The notes below the pieces were generated by a model. The model did no database searches, was not told where the DNA came from, and saw only the letters and a list, made by a program, of their open reading frames with translations. Shown here piece by piece: positions 9,301-23,864 of a stretch of DNA of 64,000 bases. Positions within the stretch are counted from its first letter, which is position 1. Every line of letters begins with the position of its first letter. The stretch is from Auanema rhodensis (lineage: Eukaryota; Animalia; Nematoda): positions 20,460,001-20,524,000 of the forward strand of contig OZ059897.1 in assembly GCA_964057225.1 (NCBI GenBank), in the 5' to 3' direction. The translations under genes were made by a program, and so were the position numbers.

Positions 9301-12300
9301 CAACATTGCTTCCGAAAACATTTTGACAAAAATTTTTTCGAAAAATTTCAAAATAATTTAGCAAAAAGTAGATGTTTTTAGATTCCTTTTTTTAAGGCAA
9401 AGACAATGGACCATGTTATTCAACGAAAAAATTAATTCTTCAGGGTGAAAATCGAGGATATAAGTGTAAACTTATATCATTTGATACCTCGGTGCATTTT
9501 TAAGCTAGCGCAAATCTGATAACACAGATCGACGCAGCTTAAAAATCCGCATCGAATGCACTATACTACATTAAGAAACGCTTAATACAAAAATTAGTTA
9601 TGATCGTTTGAAAAATGATGCATTAGTGTATGTTGAGTTTCCATGTACACTCAACATTGCTTCCGAAAACATTTTGACAAAAATTTTTTCGAAAAATTTC
9701 AAAATAATTTAGCAAAAAGTAGATGTTTTTAGATTCCTTTTTTCAAGGCAAAGACGATGAACAATGTTATTCAACGAAAAAATTAATTCTTCAGGGTGAA
9801 AATCAAGGATATAAGTGTGAACTTATATCAGATGATATCTCGGTGCATTTTTAAGCTAGCGCAAATCTGATAACACAGATCGACGCAGCTTAAAAATCCG
9901 CATCGAATGCACTATACTACATTGAGAAACGCTTAATACAAAAATTAGTTATGATCGTTTGAAAAATGATGCATTAGTGTATGTTGAGTTTCCATGTACA
10001 CTCAACATTGCTTCCAAAAACATTTTGACAAAAATTTTTTCGAAAATTTTCAAAATAATTTAGCAAAAAGTAGATGTTTTTAGATTCCTTTTTTCAAGGC
10101 AAAGACAATGGACCATGTTATTCAACGAAAAAATTAATTCTTCAGGGTGAAAATCGAGGATATAAGTGTGAACTTATATCAGTTGATATCTCGGTGCATT
10201 TTTAAGCTAGCGCAAATCTGATAACACAGATCGACGCAGCTTAAAAATCCGCATCGAATGCACTATACTACATTGAGAAACGCTTAATACAAAAATTAGT
10301 TATGATCGTTTGAAAAATGATGCATTAGTGTATGTTGAGTTTCCATGTACACTCAACATTGCTTCCAAAAACATTTTGACAAAAATTTTTTCGAAAAATT
10401 TCAAAATAATTTAGCAAAAAGTAGATGTTTTTAGATTCCTTTTTTCAAGGCAAAGACAATGGACCATGTTATTCAACGAAAAAATTAATTCTTCAGGGTG
10501 AAAATCGAGGATATAAGTGTGAACTTATATCAGTTGATATCTCGGTGCATTTTTAAGCTAGCGCAAATCTGATAACACAGATCGACGCAGCTTAAAAATC
10601 CGCATCGAATGCACTATACTACATTAAGAAACGCTTAATACAAAAATTAGTTATGATCGTTTGAAAAATGATGCATTAGTGTATGTTGAGTTTCCATGTA
10701 CACTCAACATTGCTTCCAAAAACATTTTGACAATAATTTTTTCGAAAAATTTCAAAATAATTTAGCAAAAAGTAGATGTTTTTAGATTCCTTTATTCAAG
10801 GCAAAGACGATGGACAATGTTATTCAACGAAAAAATTAATTCTTCAGGGTGAAAATCGAGGATATAAGTGTAAACTTATATCAGTTGATATCTCGGTACA
10901 TTTTTAAGCTAGCGCAAATCTGATAACACAGATCGACGCAGCTTAAAAATCCGCATCGAATGCACTATACTACATGGAAGAACGCTTAATACAAAAATTA
11001 GTTATGATCGTTTGAAAAATGATGCATTAGTGTATGTTGAGTTTCCATGTACACTCAACATTGCTTCCAAAAACATTTTGACAAAAATTTTTTCGAAAAA
11101 TTTCAAAATAATTTAGCAAAAAGTAGATGTTTTTAGATTCCTTTTTTCAAGGCAAAGACAATGGACCATGTTATTCAACGAAAAAATTAATTCTTCAGGG
11201 TGAAAATCGAGGATATAAGTGTGAACTTATATCAGTTGATATCTCGGTGCATTTTTAAGCTAGCGCAAATCTGATAACACAGATCGACGCAGCTTAAAAA
11301 TCCGCATCGAATGCACTATACTACATTAAGAAACACTTAATACAAAAATTAGTTATGATCGTTTGAAAAATGATGCATTAGTGTATGTTGAGTTTCCATG
11401 TACACTCAACATTGCTTCCAAAAACATTTTGACAAAAATTTTTTCGAAAAATTTCAAAATAATTTAGCAAAAAGTAGATGTTTTTAGATTCCTTTTTTCA
11501 AGGCAAAGACGATGAACAATGTTATTCAACGAAAAAATTAATTCTTCAGGGTGAAAATCGAGGATATAAGTGTGAACTTATATCAGATGATATCTCGGTG
11601 CATTTTTAAGCTAGCGCAAATCTGATAACACAGATCGACGCAGCTTAAAAATCCGCATCGAATGCACTATACTACATTGAGAAACGCTTAATACAAAAAT
11701 TAGTTATGATCGTTTGAAAAATGATGCATTAGTGTATGTTGAGTTTCCATGTACACTCAACATTGCTTCCAAAAACATTTTGACAAAAATTTTTTCGAAA
11801 AATTTCAGAATAATTTAGCAAAAAGTAGATGTTTTTAGATTCCTTTTTTCAAGGCAAAGACAATGGACCATGTTATTCAACGAAAAAATTAATTCTTCAG
11901 GGTGAAAATCGAGGATATAAGTGTGAACTTATATCAGTTGATATCTCGGTGCATTTTTAAGCTAGCGCAAATCTGATAACACAGATCGACGCAGCTTAAG
12001 AATCCGCATCGAATGCACTATACTACATTAAGAAACGCTTAATACAAAAATTAGTTATGATCGTTTGAAAAATGATGCATTAGTGTATGTTGAGTTTCCA
12101 TGTACACTCAACATTGCTTTCAAAAACATTTTGACAAAAATTTTTTCGAAAAATTTCAAAATAATTTAGCAAAAAGTAGATGTTTTTAGATTCCTTTTTT
12201 CAAGGCAAAGACGATGGACAATGTTATTCAACGAAAAAATTAATTCTTCAGGGTGAAAATCGAGGATATAAGTGTAAACTTATATCAGTTGATATCTCGG

Positions 12301-14391
12301 TGCATTTTTAAGCTAGCGCAAATCTGATAACACAGATCGACGCAGCTTAAAAATCCGCATCGAATGCACTATACTACATTGAGAAACGCTTAATACAAAA
12401 ATTAGTTATGATCGTTTGAAAAATGATGCATTAGTGTATGTTGAGTTTCCATGTACACTCAACATTGCTTCCAAAAACATTTTGACAAAAATTTTTTCGA
12501 AAAATTTCAAAATAATTTAGCAAAAAGTAGATGTTTTTAGATTCCTTTTTTCAAGGCAAAGACGATGGACAATGTTATTTAACGAAAAAATTAATTCTTC
12601 AGGGTGAAAATCGAGGATAAAAGTGTAAACTTATATCAGTTGATATCTCGGTGCATTTTTAAGCTAGCGCAAATCTGATAACACAGATCGACGCAGCTTA
12701 AAAATCCGCATCGAATGCACTATACTACATTGAGAAACGCTTAATACAAAAATTAGTTATGATCGTTTGAAAAATGATGCATTAGTGTATGTTGAGTTTC
12801 CATGTACACTCAACATTGCTTCCAAAAACATTTTGACAAAAATTTTTTCGAAAAATTTCAAAATAATTTAGCAAAAAGTAGATGTTTTTAGATTCCTTTT
12901 TTCAAGGCAAAGACAATGGACCATGTTATTCAACGAAAAAAGTAATTCTTCAGGGTGAAAATCGAGGATATAAGTGTAAACTTATATCATTTGATATCTC
13001 GGTGCATTTTTAAGCTAGCGCAAATCTGATAACACAGATCGACGCAGCTTAAAAATCCGCATCGAATGCACTATACTACATTAAGAAACGCTTAATACGA
13101 AAATTAGTTATGATCGTTTGAAAAATGATGCATTAGTGTATGTTGAGTTTCCATGTACACTCAACATTGCTTCCAAAAACATTTTGACAAAAATTTTTTC
13201 GAAAAATTTCAAAATAATTTAGCAAAAAGTAGATGTTTTTAGATTCCTTTTTTTAAGGCAAAGACAATGGACCATGTTATTCAACGAAAAAATTAATTCT
13301 TCAGGGTGAAAATCGAGGATATAAGTGTAAACTTATATCATTTGATACCTCGGTGCATTTTTAAGCTAGCGCAAATCTGATAACACAGATCGACGCAGCT
13401 TAAAAATCCGCATCGAATGCACTATACTACATTAAGAAACGCTTAATACAAAAATTAGTTATGATCGTTTGAAAAATGATGCATTAGTGTATGTTGAGTT
13501 TCCATGTACACTCAACATTGCTTCCGAAAACATTTTGACAAAAATTTTTTCGAAAAATTTCAAAATAATTTAGCAAAAAGTAGATGTTTTTAGATTCCTT
13601 TTTTTAAGGCAAAGACAATGGACCATGTTATTCAACGAAAAAATTAATTCTTCAGGGTGAAAATCGAGGATATAAGTGTAAACTTATATCATTTGATACC
13701 TCGGTGCATTTTTAAGCTAGCGCAAATCTGATAACACAGATCGACGCAGCTTAAAAATCCGCATCGAATGCACTATACTACATTAAGAAACGCTTAATAC
13801 AAAAATTAGTTATGATCGTTTGAAAAATGATGCATTAGTGTATGTTGAGTTTCCATGTACACTCAACATTGCTTCCGAAAACATTTTGACAAAAATTTTT
13901 TCGAAAAATTTCAAAATAATTTAGCAAAAAGTAGATGTTTTTAGATTCCTTTTTTCAAGGCAAAGACGATGAACAATGTTATTCAACGAAAAAATTAATT
14001 CTTCAGGGTGAAAATCAAGGATATAAGTGTGAACTTATATCAGATGATATCTCGGTGCATTTTTAAGCTAGCGCAAATCTGATAACACAGATCGACGCAG
14101 CTTAAAAATCCGCATCGAATGCACTATACTACATTGAGAAACGCTTAATACAAAAATTAGTTATGATCGTTTGAAAAATGATGCATTAGTGTATGTTGAG
14201 TTTCCATGTACACTCAACATTGCTTCCAAAAACATTTTGACAAAAATTTTTTCGAAAATTTTCAAAATAATTTAGCAAAAAGTAGATGTTTTTAGATTCC
14301 TTTTTTCAAGGCAAAGACAATGGACCATGTTATTCAACGAAAAAATTAATTCTTCAGGGTGAAAATCGAGGATATAAGTGTGAACTTATAT
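352..14391. repeat. 12-monomer higher-order repeat (4212 bp): one canonical copy, one copy expanded to 20 monomers, one partial copy
   Basis: Marker tttcaGaata at 576, 4788 and 11808 (spacings 4212 and 7020); marker gacaaTaat at 3714 and 10734. The ordered monomer types M2-M13 recur as M14-M20 plus M29-M33, and again as M34-M41. Confidence 0.92.
5617..9828. repeat. 4-monomer unit (1404 bp) triplicated inside the second 12-mer HOR
   Basis: Marker aaatcAagg at 6997, 8401 and 9805 (1404 apart). The aaaaaGtaa and tacGaaa markers repeat with the same spacing. Confidence 0.92.
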
Positions 14392-17300
14392 CAGTTGATA
14401 TCTCGGTGCATTTTTAAGCTAGCGCAAATCTGATAACACAGATCGACGCAGCTTAAAAATCCGCATCGAATGCACTATACTACATTGAGAAACGCTTAAT
14501 ACAAAAATTAGTTATGATCGTTTGAAAAATGATGCATTAGTGTATGTTGAGTTTCCATGTACACTCAACAATGCTTCCAAAAACATTTTGACAAAAATTT
14601 TTTCGAAAAATTTCAAAATAATTTAGCAAAAAGTAGATGTTTTTAGATTTCATTTTTCAAGGCAAAGACGATGGACAATGTTATTCAACGAAAAAATTAA
14701 TTCTTCAGGGTGAAAATCGAGGATATAAGTGTGAACTTATATCAGTTGATATCTCGGTGCATTTTTAAGCTAGCGCAAATCTGATAACACAGATCGACGC
14801 AGCTTAAAAATCCGCATCGAATGCACTATACTACATTGAGAAACGCTTAATACAAAATTTAGTTATGATCGTTTGAAAAATGATGCATTAGTGTATGTTG
14901 AGTTTCCATGTACACTCAACATTGCTTCCAAAAACATTTCGACAAAAATTTTTTCGAAAAATTTCAAAATAATTTAGCAAAAAGTAGATGTTTTTAGATT
15001 CCTTTTTTCAAGGCAAAGACAATGGACCATGTTATTCAACGAAAAAATTAATTCTTCAGGGTGAAAATCGAGGATAAAAGTGTAAACTTATATCAGTTGA
15101 TATCTCGGTGCATTTTTAAGCTAGCGCAAATCTGATAACACAGATCGACGCAGCTTAAAAATCCGCATCGAATGCACTATACTACATTGAGAAACGCTTA
15201 ATACAAAAATTAGTTATGATCGTTTGAAAAATGATGCATTAGTGTATGTTGAGTTTCCATGTACACTCAACATTGCTTCCAAAAACATTTTGACAAAAAT
15301 TTTTTCGAAAAATTTCAAAATAATTTAGCAAAAAGTAGATGTTTTTAGATTCCTTTTTTCAAGCCAAAGACGATGGACGATGTTATTCAACGAAAAAATT
15401 AATTCTTCAGGGTGAAAATCGAGGATATAAGTGTGAACTTATATCAGTTGATATCTCGGTGCATTTTTAAGCTAGCGCAAATCTGATAACACAGATCGAC
15501 GCAGCTCAAAAATCCGTACGAATGCACTATACTATATTGAGAAACGCTTAATACAAAAATTAGTTATGATCGTTTGAAAAATGATGCATTAGTGTATGTT
15601 GAGTTTCCATGTACACTCAACATTGCTTCCAAAAACATTTTGACAAAAATTTTTTCGAAAAATTTCAAAATAATTAAGCAAAAAGTAGATGATTTTAGAT
15701 TCCTTTTTTCAAGGCAAAGACGATGGACAATGTTATTCAACGAAAAAATTAATTCTTCAGGGTGAAAATCGAGGATATAAGTGTGAACTTATATCAGTTG
15801 ATATCTCGGTACATTTTTAAGCTAGCGCAAATCGGATAACACAGATCGACGCAGCTTAAAAATCCGCATCGAATGCACTATACTACATGGAAGAACGCTT
15901 AATACAAAAATTAGTTATGATCGTTTGAAAAATGATGCATTAGTGTATGTTGAGTTTCCATGTACACTCAACATTGCTTCCAAAAACATTTTGACAAAAA
16001 TTTTTTCGAAAAATTTCAAAATAATTTAGCAAAAAGTAGATGTTTTTAGATTCCTTTTTTCAAGGCAAAGACGATGGACAATGTTATTCAACGAAAAAAT
16101 TATTTCTTCAGGGTGAAAATCGAGGATATAAGTGTAAACTTATATCATTTGATATCTCGGTGCATTTTTAAGCTAGCGCAAATCTGATAACACAGATCGA
16201 CGCAGCTTAAAAATCCGCATCGAATGCACTATACTACATTAAGAAACGCTTAATACAAAAATTAGTTATGATCGTTTGAAAAATGATGCATTAGTGTATG
16301 TTGAGTTTCCATGTACACTCAACATTGCTTCCAAAAACATTTTGACAAAAATTTTTTCGAAAAATTTCAAAATAATTTAGCAAAAAGTAGATGTTTTTAT
16401 ATTCCTTTTTTCAAGGCAAAGACGATGGACAATGTTATTCAACGAAAAAATTAATTCTTCAGGGTGAAAATCGAGGATATAAGTGTGAACTTATATCAGT
16501 TGATATCTCGGTACATTTTTAAGCTAGCGCAAATCTGATAACACAGATCGACGCAGCTTAAAAATCCGCATCGAATGCACTATACTACATGGAAGAACGC
16601 TTAATACAAAAATTAGTTATGATCGTTTGAAAAATGATGCATTAGTGTATGTTGAGTTTCCATGTACACTCAACATTGCTTCCAAAAACATTTTGACAAA
16701 AATTTTTTCGAAAAATTTCAAAATAATTTAGCAAAAAGTAGATGTTTTTAGATTTCTTTTTTCAAGGCAAAGACAATGGACCATGTTATTCAACGAAAAA
16801 ATTAATTCTTCAGGGTGAAAATCGAGGATATAAGTGTAAACTTATATCATTTGATATCTCGGTGCATTTTTAAGCTAGCGCAAATCTGATAACACAGATC
16901 GACGCAGCTTAAAAATCCGCATCGAATGCACTATACTACATTAAGAAACGCTTAATACAAAAATTAGTTATGATCGTTTGAAAAATGATGCATTAGTGTA
17001 TGTTGAGTTTCCATGTACACTCAACATTGCTTCCAAAAACATTTTGACAAAAATTTTTTCGAAAAATTTCAAAATAATTTAGCAAAAAGTAGATGTTTTT
17101 AGATTCCTTTTTTCAAGGCAAAGACGATGGACAATGTTATTCAACGAAAAAATTATTTCTTCAGGGTGAAAATCGAGGATATAAGTGTAAACTTATATCA
17201 GTTGATATCTCGGTGCATTTTTAAGCTAGCGCAAATCTGATAACACAGATCGACGCAGCTTAAAAATCCGCATCGAATGCACTATACTACATTGAGAAAC

Positions 17301-20300
17301 GCTTAATACAAAAATTAGTTATGATCGTTTGAAAAATGATGCATTAGTGTATGTTGAGTTTCCATGTACACTCAACATTGCTTCCAAAAACATTTTGACA
17401 AAAATTTTTTCGAAAAATTTCAAAATAATTTAGCAAAAAGTAGATGTTTTTAGATTCCTTTTTTCAAGGCAAAGACAATGGACCATGTTATTCAACGAAA
17501 AAATTAATTCTTCAGGGTGAAAATCGAGGATATAAGTGTGAACTTATATCAGTTGATATCTCGGTGCATTTTTAAGCTAGCGCAAATCTGATAACACAGA
17601 TCGACGCAGCTTAAAAATCCGCATCGAATGCACTATACTACATAGAAGAACGCTTAATACAAAAATTAGTTATGATCGTTTGAAAAATGATGCATTAGTG
17701 TATGTTGAGTTTCCATGTACACTCAACAATGCTTCCAAAAACATTTTGACAAAAATTTTTTCGAAAAATTTCAAAATAATTTAGCAAAAAGTAGATGTTT
17801 TTAGATTTCATTTTTCAAGGCAAAGACGATGGACAATGTTATTCAACGAAAAAATTAATTCTTCAGGGTGAAAATCGAGGATATAAGTGTGAACTTATAT
17901 CAGTTGATATCTCGGTGCATTTTTAAGCTAGCGCAAATCTGATAACACAGATCGACGCAGCTTAAAAATCCGCATCGAATGCACTATACTACATAGAAGA
18001 ACGCTTAATACAAAAATTAGTTATGATCGTTTGAAAAATGATGCATTAGTGTATGTTGAGTTTCCATGTACACTCAACATTGCTTCCAAAAACATTTTGA
18101 CAAAAATTTTTTCGAAAAATTTCAAAATAATTTAGCAAAAAGTAGATGTTTTTAGATTCCTTTTTTCAAGGCAAAGACGATGGACAATGTTATTTAACGA
18201 AAAAATTAATTCTTCAGGGTGAAAATCGAGGATAAAAGTGTAAACTTATATCAGTTGATATCTCGGTGCATTTTTAAGCTAGCGCAAATCTGATAACACA
18301 GATCGACGCAGCTTAAAAATCCGCATCGAATGCACTATACTACATTGAGAAACGCTTAATACAAAAATTAGTTATGATCGTTTGAAAAATGATGCATTAG
18401 TGTATGTTGAGTTTCCATGTACACTCAACATTGCTTCCAAAAACATTTTGACAAAAATTTTTTCGAAAAATTTCAAAATAATTTAGCAAAAAGTAGATGT
18501 TTTTAGATTCCTTTTTTCAAGGCAAAGACAATGGACCATGTTATTCAACGAAAAAATTAATTCTTCAGGGTGAAAATCGAGGATATAAGTGTGAACTTAT
18601 ATCGGTTGATATCTCGGTGCATTTTTAAGCTAGCGCAAATCTGATAACACAGATCGACGCAGCTTAAAAATCCGCATCGAATGCACTATACTACATAGAA
18701 GAACGCTTAATACAAAAATTAGTTATGATCGTTTGAAAAATGATGCATTAGTGTATGTTGAGTTTCCATGTACACTCAACAATGCTTCCAAAAACATTTT
18801 GACAAAAATTTTTTCGAAAAATTTCAAAATAATTTAGCAAAAAGTAGATGTTTTTAGATTTCATTTTTCAAGGCAAAGACGATGGACAATGTTATTCAAC
18901 GAAAAAATTAATTCTTCAGGGTGAAAATCGAGGATATAAGTGTGAACTTATATCAGTTGATATCTCGGTGCATTTTTAAGCTAGCGCAAATCTGATAACA
19001 CAGATCGACGCAGCTTAAAAATCCGCATCGAATGCACTATACTACATAGAAGAACGCTTAATACAAAAATTAGTTATGATCGTTTGAAAAATGATGCATT
19101 AGTGTATGTTGAGTTTCCATGTACACTCAACATTGCTTCCAAAAACATTTTGACAAAAATTTTTTCGAAAAATTTCAAAATAATTTAGCAAAAAGTAGAT
19201 GTTTTTAGATTCCTTTTTTCAAGGCAAAGACAATGGACCATGTTATTCAACGAAAAAATTAATTCTTCAGGGTGAAAATCGAGGATATAAGTGTGAACTT
19301 ATATCAGTTGATATCTCGGTGCATTTTTAAGCTAGCGCAAATCTGATAACACAGATCGACGCAGCTTAAAAATCCGCATCGAATGCACTATACTACATTG
19401 AGAAACGCTTAATACAAAAATTAGTTATGATCGTTTGAAAAATGATGCATTAGTGTATGTTGAGTTTCCATGTACACTCAACATTGCTTCCAAAAACATT
19501 TCGACAAAAATTTTTTCGAAAAATTTCAAAATAATTTAGCAAAAAGTAGATGTTTTTAGATTCCTTTTTTCAAGGCAAAGACAATGGACCATGTTATTCA
19601 ACGAAAAAATTAATTCTTCAGGGTGAAAATCGAGGATATAAGTGTGAACTTATATCAGTTGATATCTCGGTGCATTTTTAAGCTAGCGCAAATCTGATAA
19701 CACAGATCGACGCAGCTTAAAAATCCGCATCGAATGCACTATACTACATTGAGAAACGCTTAATACAAAAATTAGTTATGATCGTTTGAAAAATGATGCA
19801 TTAGTGTATGTTGAGTTTCCATGTACACTCAACATTGCTTCCAAAAACATTTTGACAAAAATTTTTTCGAAAAATTTCAAAATAATTTAGCAAAAAGTAG
19901 ATGTTTTTAGATTCCTTTTTTCAAGGCAAAGACAATGGACCATGTTATTCAACGAAAAAATTAATTCTTCAGGGTGAAAATCGAGGATATAAGTGTGAAC
20001 TTATATCGGTTGATATCTCGGTGCATTTTTAAGCTAGCGCAAATCTGATAACACAGATCGACGCAGCTTAAAAATCCGCATCGAATGCACTATACTACAT
20101 AGAAGAACGCTTAATACAAAAATTAGTTATGATCGTTTGAAAAATGATGCATTAGTGTATGTTGAGTTTCCATGTACACTCAACAATGCTTCCAAAAACA
20201 TTTTGACAAAAATTTTTTCGAAAAATTTCAAAATAATTTAGCAAAAAGTAGATGTTTTTAGATTTCATTTTTCAAGGCAAAGACGATGGACAATGTTATT

Positions 20301-20708
20301 CAACGAAAAAATTAATTCTTCAGGGTGAAAATCGAGGATATAAGTGTGAACTTATATCAGTTGATATCTCGGTGCATTTTTAAGCTAGCGCAAATCTGAT
20401 AACACAGATCGACGCAGCTTAAAAATCCGCATCGAATGCACTATACTACATTGAGAAACGCTTAATACAAAAATTAGTTATGATCGTTTGAAAAATGATG
20501 CATTAGTGTATGTTGAGTTTCCATGTACACTCAACATTGCTTCCAAAAACATTTCGACAAAAATTTTTTCGAAAAATTTCAAAATAATTTAGCAAAAAGT
20601 AGATGTTTTTAGATTCCTTTTTTCAAGGCAAAGACAATGGACCATGTTATTCAACGAAAAAATTAATTCTTCAGGGTGAAAATCGAGGATAAAAGTGTAA
20701 ACTTATAT

Positions 20709-22812
20709 CAGTTGATATCTCGGTGCATTTTTAAGCTAGCGCAAATCTGATAACACAGATCGACGCAGCTTAAAAATCCGCATCGAATGCACTATACTAC
20801 ATTGAGAAACGCTTAATACAAAAATTAGTTATGATCGTTTGAAAAATGATGCATTAGTGTATGTTGAGTTTCCATGTACACTCAACATTGCTTCCAAAAA
20901 CATTTTGACAAAAATTTTTTCGAAAAATTTCAAAATAATTTAGCAAAAAGTAGATGTTTTTAGATTCCTTTTTTCAAGCCAAAGACGATGGACGATGTTA
21001 TTCAACGAAAAAATTAATTCTTCAGGGTGAAAATCGAGGATATAAGTGTGAACTTATATCAGTTGATATCTCGGTGCATTTTTAAGCTAGCGCAAATCTG
21101 ATAACACAGATCGACGCAGCTCAAAAATCCGTACGAATGCACTATACTATATTGAGAAACGCTTAATACAAAAATTAGTTATGATCGTTTGAAAAATGAT
21201 GCATTAGTGTATGTTGAGTTTCCATGTACACTCAACATTGCTTCCAAAAACATTTTGACAAAAATGTTTTCGAAAAATTTCAAAATAATTAAGCAAAAAG
21301 TAGATGTTTTTAGATTCCTTTTTTCAAGGCAAAGACGATGGACAATGTTATTCAACGAAAAAATTAATTCTTCAGGGTGAAAATCGAGGATATAAGTGTG
21401 AACTTATATCAGTTGATATCTCGGTACATTTTTAAGCTAGCGCAAATCGGATAACACAGATCGACGCAGCTTAAAAATCCGCATCGAATGCACTATACTA
21501 CATGGAAGAACGCTTAATACAAAAATTAGTTATGATCGTTTGAAAAATGATGCATTAGTGTATGTTGAGTTTCCATGTACACTCAACATTGCTTCCAAAA
21601 ACATTTTGACAAAAATTTTTTCGAAAAATTTCAAAATAATTTAGCAAAAAGTAGATGTTTTTAGATTCCTTTTTTCAAGGCAAAGACGATGGACAATGTT
21701 ATTCAACGAAAAAATTATTTCTTCAGGGTGAAAATCGAGGATATAAGTGTAAACTTATATCATTTGATATCTCGGTGCATTTTTAAGCTAGCGCAAATCT
21801 GATAACACAGATCGACGCAGCTTAAAAATCCGCATCGAATGCACTATACTACATGGAAGAACGCTTAATACAAAAATTAGTTATGATCGTTTGAAAAATG
21901 ATGCATTAGTGTATGTTGAGTTTCCATGTACACTCAACATTGCTTCCAAAAACATTTTGACAAAAATTTTTTCGAAAAATTTCAAAATAATTTAGCAAAA
22001 AGTAGATGTTTTTAGATTCCTTTTTTCAAGCCAAAGACGATGGACGATGTTATTCAACGAAAAAATTAATTCTTCAGGGTGAAAATCGAGGATATAAGTG
22101 TGAACTTATATCAGTTGATATCTCGGTGCATTTTTAAGCTAGCGCAAATCTGATAACACAGATCGACGCAGCTCAAAAATCCGTACGAATGCACTATACT
22201 ATATTGAGAAACGCTTAATACAAAAATTAGTTATGATCGTTTGAAAAATGATGCATTAGTGTATGTTGAGTTTCCATGTACACTCAACATTGCTTCCAAA
22301 AACATTTTGACAAAAATGTTTTCGAAAAATTTCAAAATAATTAAGCAAAAAGTAGATGTTTTTAGATTCCTTTTTTCAAGGCAAAGACGATGGACAATGT
22401 TATTCAACGAAAAAATTAATTCTTCAGGGTGAAAATCGAGGATATAAGTGTGAACTTATATCAGTTGATATCTCGGTACATTTTTAAGCTAGCGCAAATC
22501 GGATAACACAGATCGACGCAGCTTAAAAATCCGCATCGAATGCACTATACTACATGGAAGAACGCTTAATACAAAAATTAGTTATGATCGTTTGAAAAAT
22601 GATGCATTAGTGTATGTTGAGTTTCCATGTACACTCAACATTGCTTCCAAAAACATTTTGACAAAAATTTTTTCGAAAAATTTCAAAATAATTTAGCAAA
22701 AAGTAGATGTTTTTAGATTCCTTTTTTCAAGGCAAAGACGATGGACAATGTTATTCAACGAAAAAATTATTTCTTCAGGGTGAAAATCGAGGATATAAGT
22801 GTAAACTTATAT
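20709..22812. repeat. 3-monomer local duplication (1052 bp)
   Basis: The 350-bp monomers carrying aaaatGtttt give ORFs at 21189 and 22241 (1052 apart). Each is preceded by an aagCcaaag monomer and followed by an aatcGgata monomer. Confidence 0.85.
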
Positions 22813-23864
22813 CATTTGATATCTCGGTGCATTTTTAAGCTAGCGCAAATCTGATAACACAGATCGACGCAGCTTAAAAATCCGCATCGAATGCACTATA
22901 CTACATTAAGAAACGCTTAATACAAAAATTAGTTATGATCGTTTGAAAAATGATGCATTAGTGTATGTTGAGTTTCCATGTACACTCAACATTGCTTCCA
23001 AAAACATTTTGACAAAAATTTTTTCGAAAAATTTCAAAATAATTTAGCAAAAAGTAGATGTTTTTATATTCCTTTTTTCAAGACAAAGACGATGGACAAT
23101 GTTATTCAACGAAAAAATTAATTCTTCAGGGTGAAAATCGAGGATATAAGTGTGAACTTATATCAGTTGATATCTCGGTACATTTTTAAGCTAGCGCAAA
23201 TCTGATAACACAGATCGACGCAGCTTAAAAATCCGCATCGAATGCACTATACTACATGGAAGAACGCTTAATACAAAAATTGTTATGATCGTTTGAAAAA
23301 TGATGCATTAGTGTATGTTGAGTTTCCATGTACACTCAACATTGCTTCCAAAAACATTTTGACAAAAATTTTTTCGAAAAATTTCAAAATAATTTAGCAA
23401 AAAGTAGATGTTTTTAGATTTCTTTTTTCAAGGCAAAGACAATGGACCATGTTATTCAACGAAAAAATTAATTCTTCAGGGTGAAAATCGAGGATATAAG
23501 TGTAAACTTATATCATTTGATATCTCGGTGCATTTTTAAGCTAGCGCAAATCTGATAACACAGATCGACGCAGCTTAAAAATCCGCATCGAATGCACTAT
23601 ACTACATTAAGAAACGCTTAATACAAAAATTAGTTATGATCGTTTGAAAAATGATGCATTAGTGTATGTTGAGTTTCCATGTACACTCAACATTGCTTCC
23701 AAAAACATTTTGACAAAAATTTTTTCGAAAAATTTCAAAATAATTTAGCAAAAAGTAGATGTTTTTAGATTCCTTTTTTCAAGGCAAAGACGATGGACAA
23801 TGTTATTCAACGAAAAAATTATTTCTTCAGGGTGAAAATCGAGGATATAAGTGTGAACTTATAT

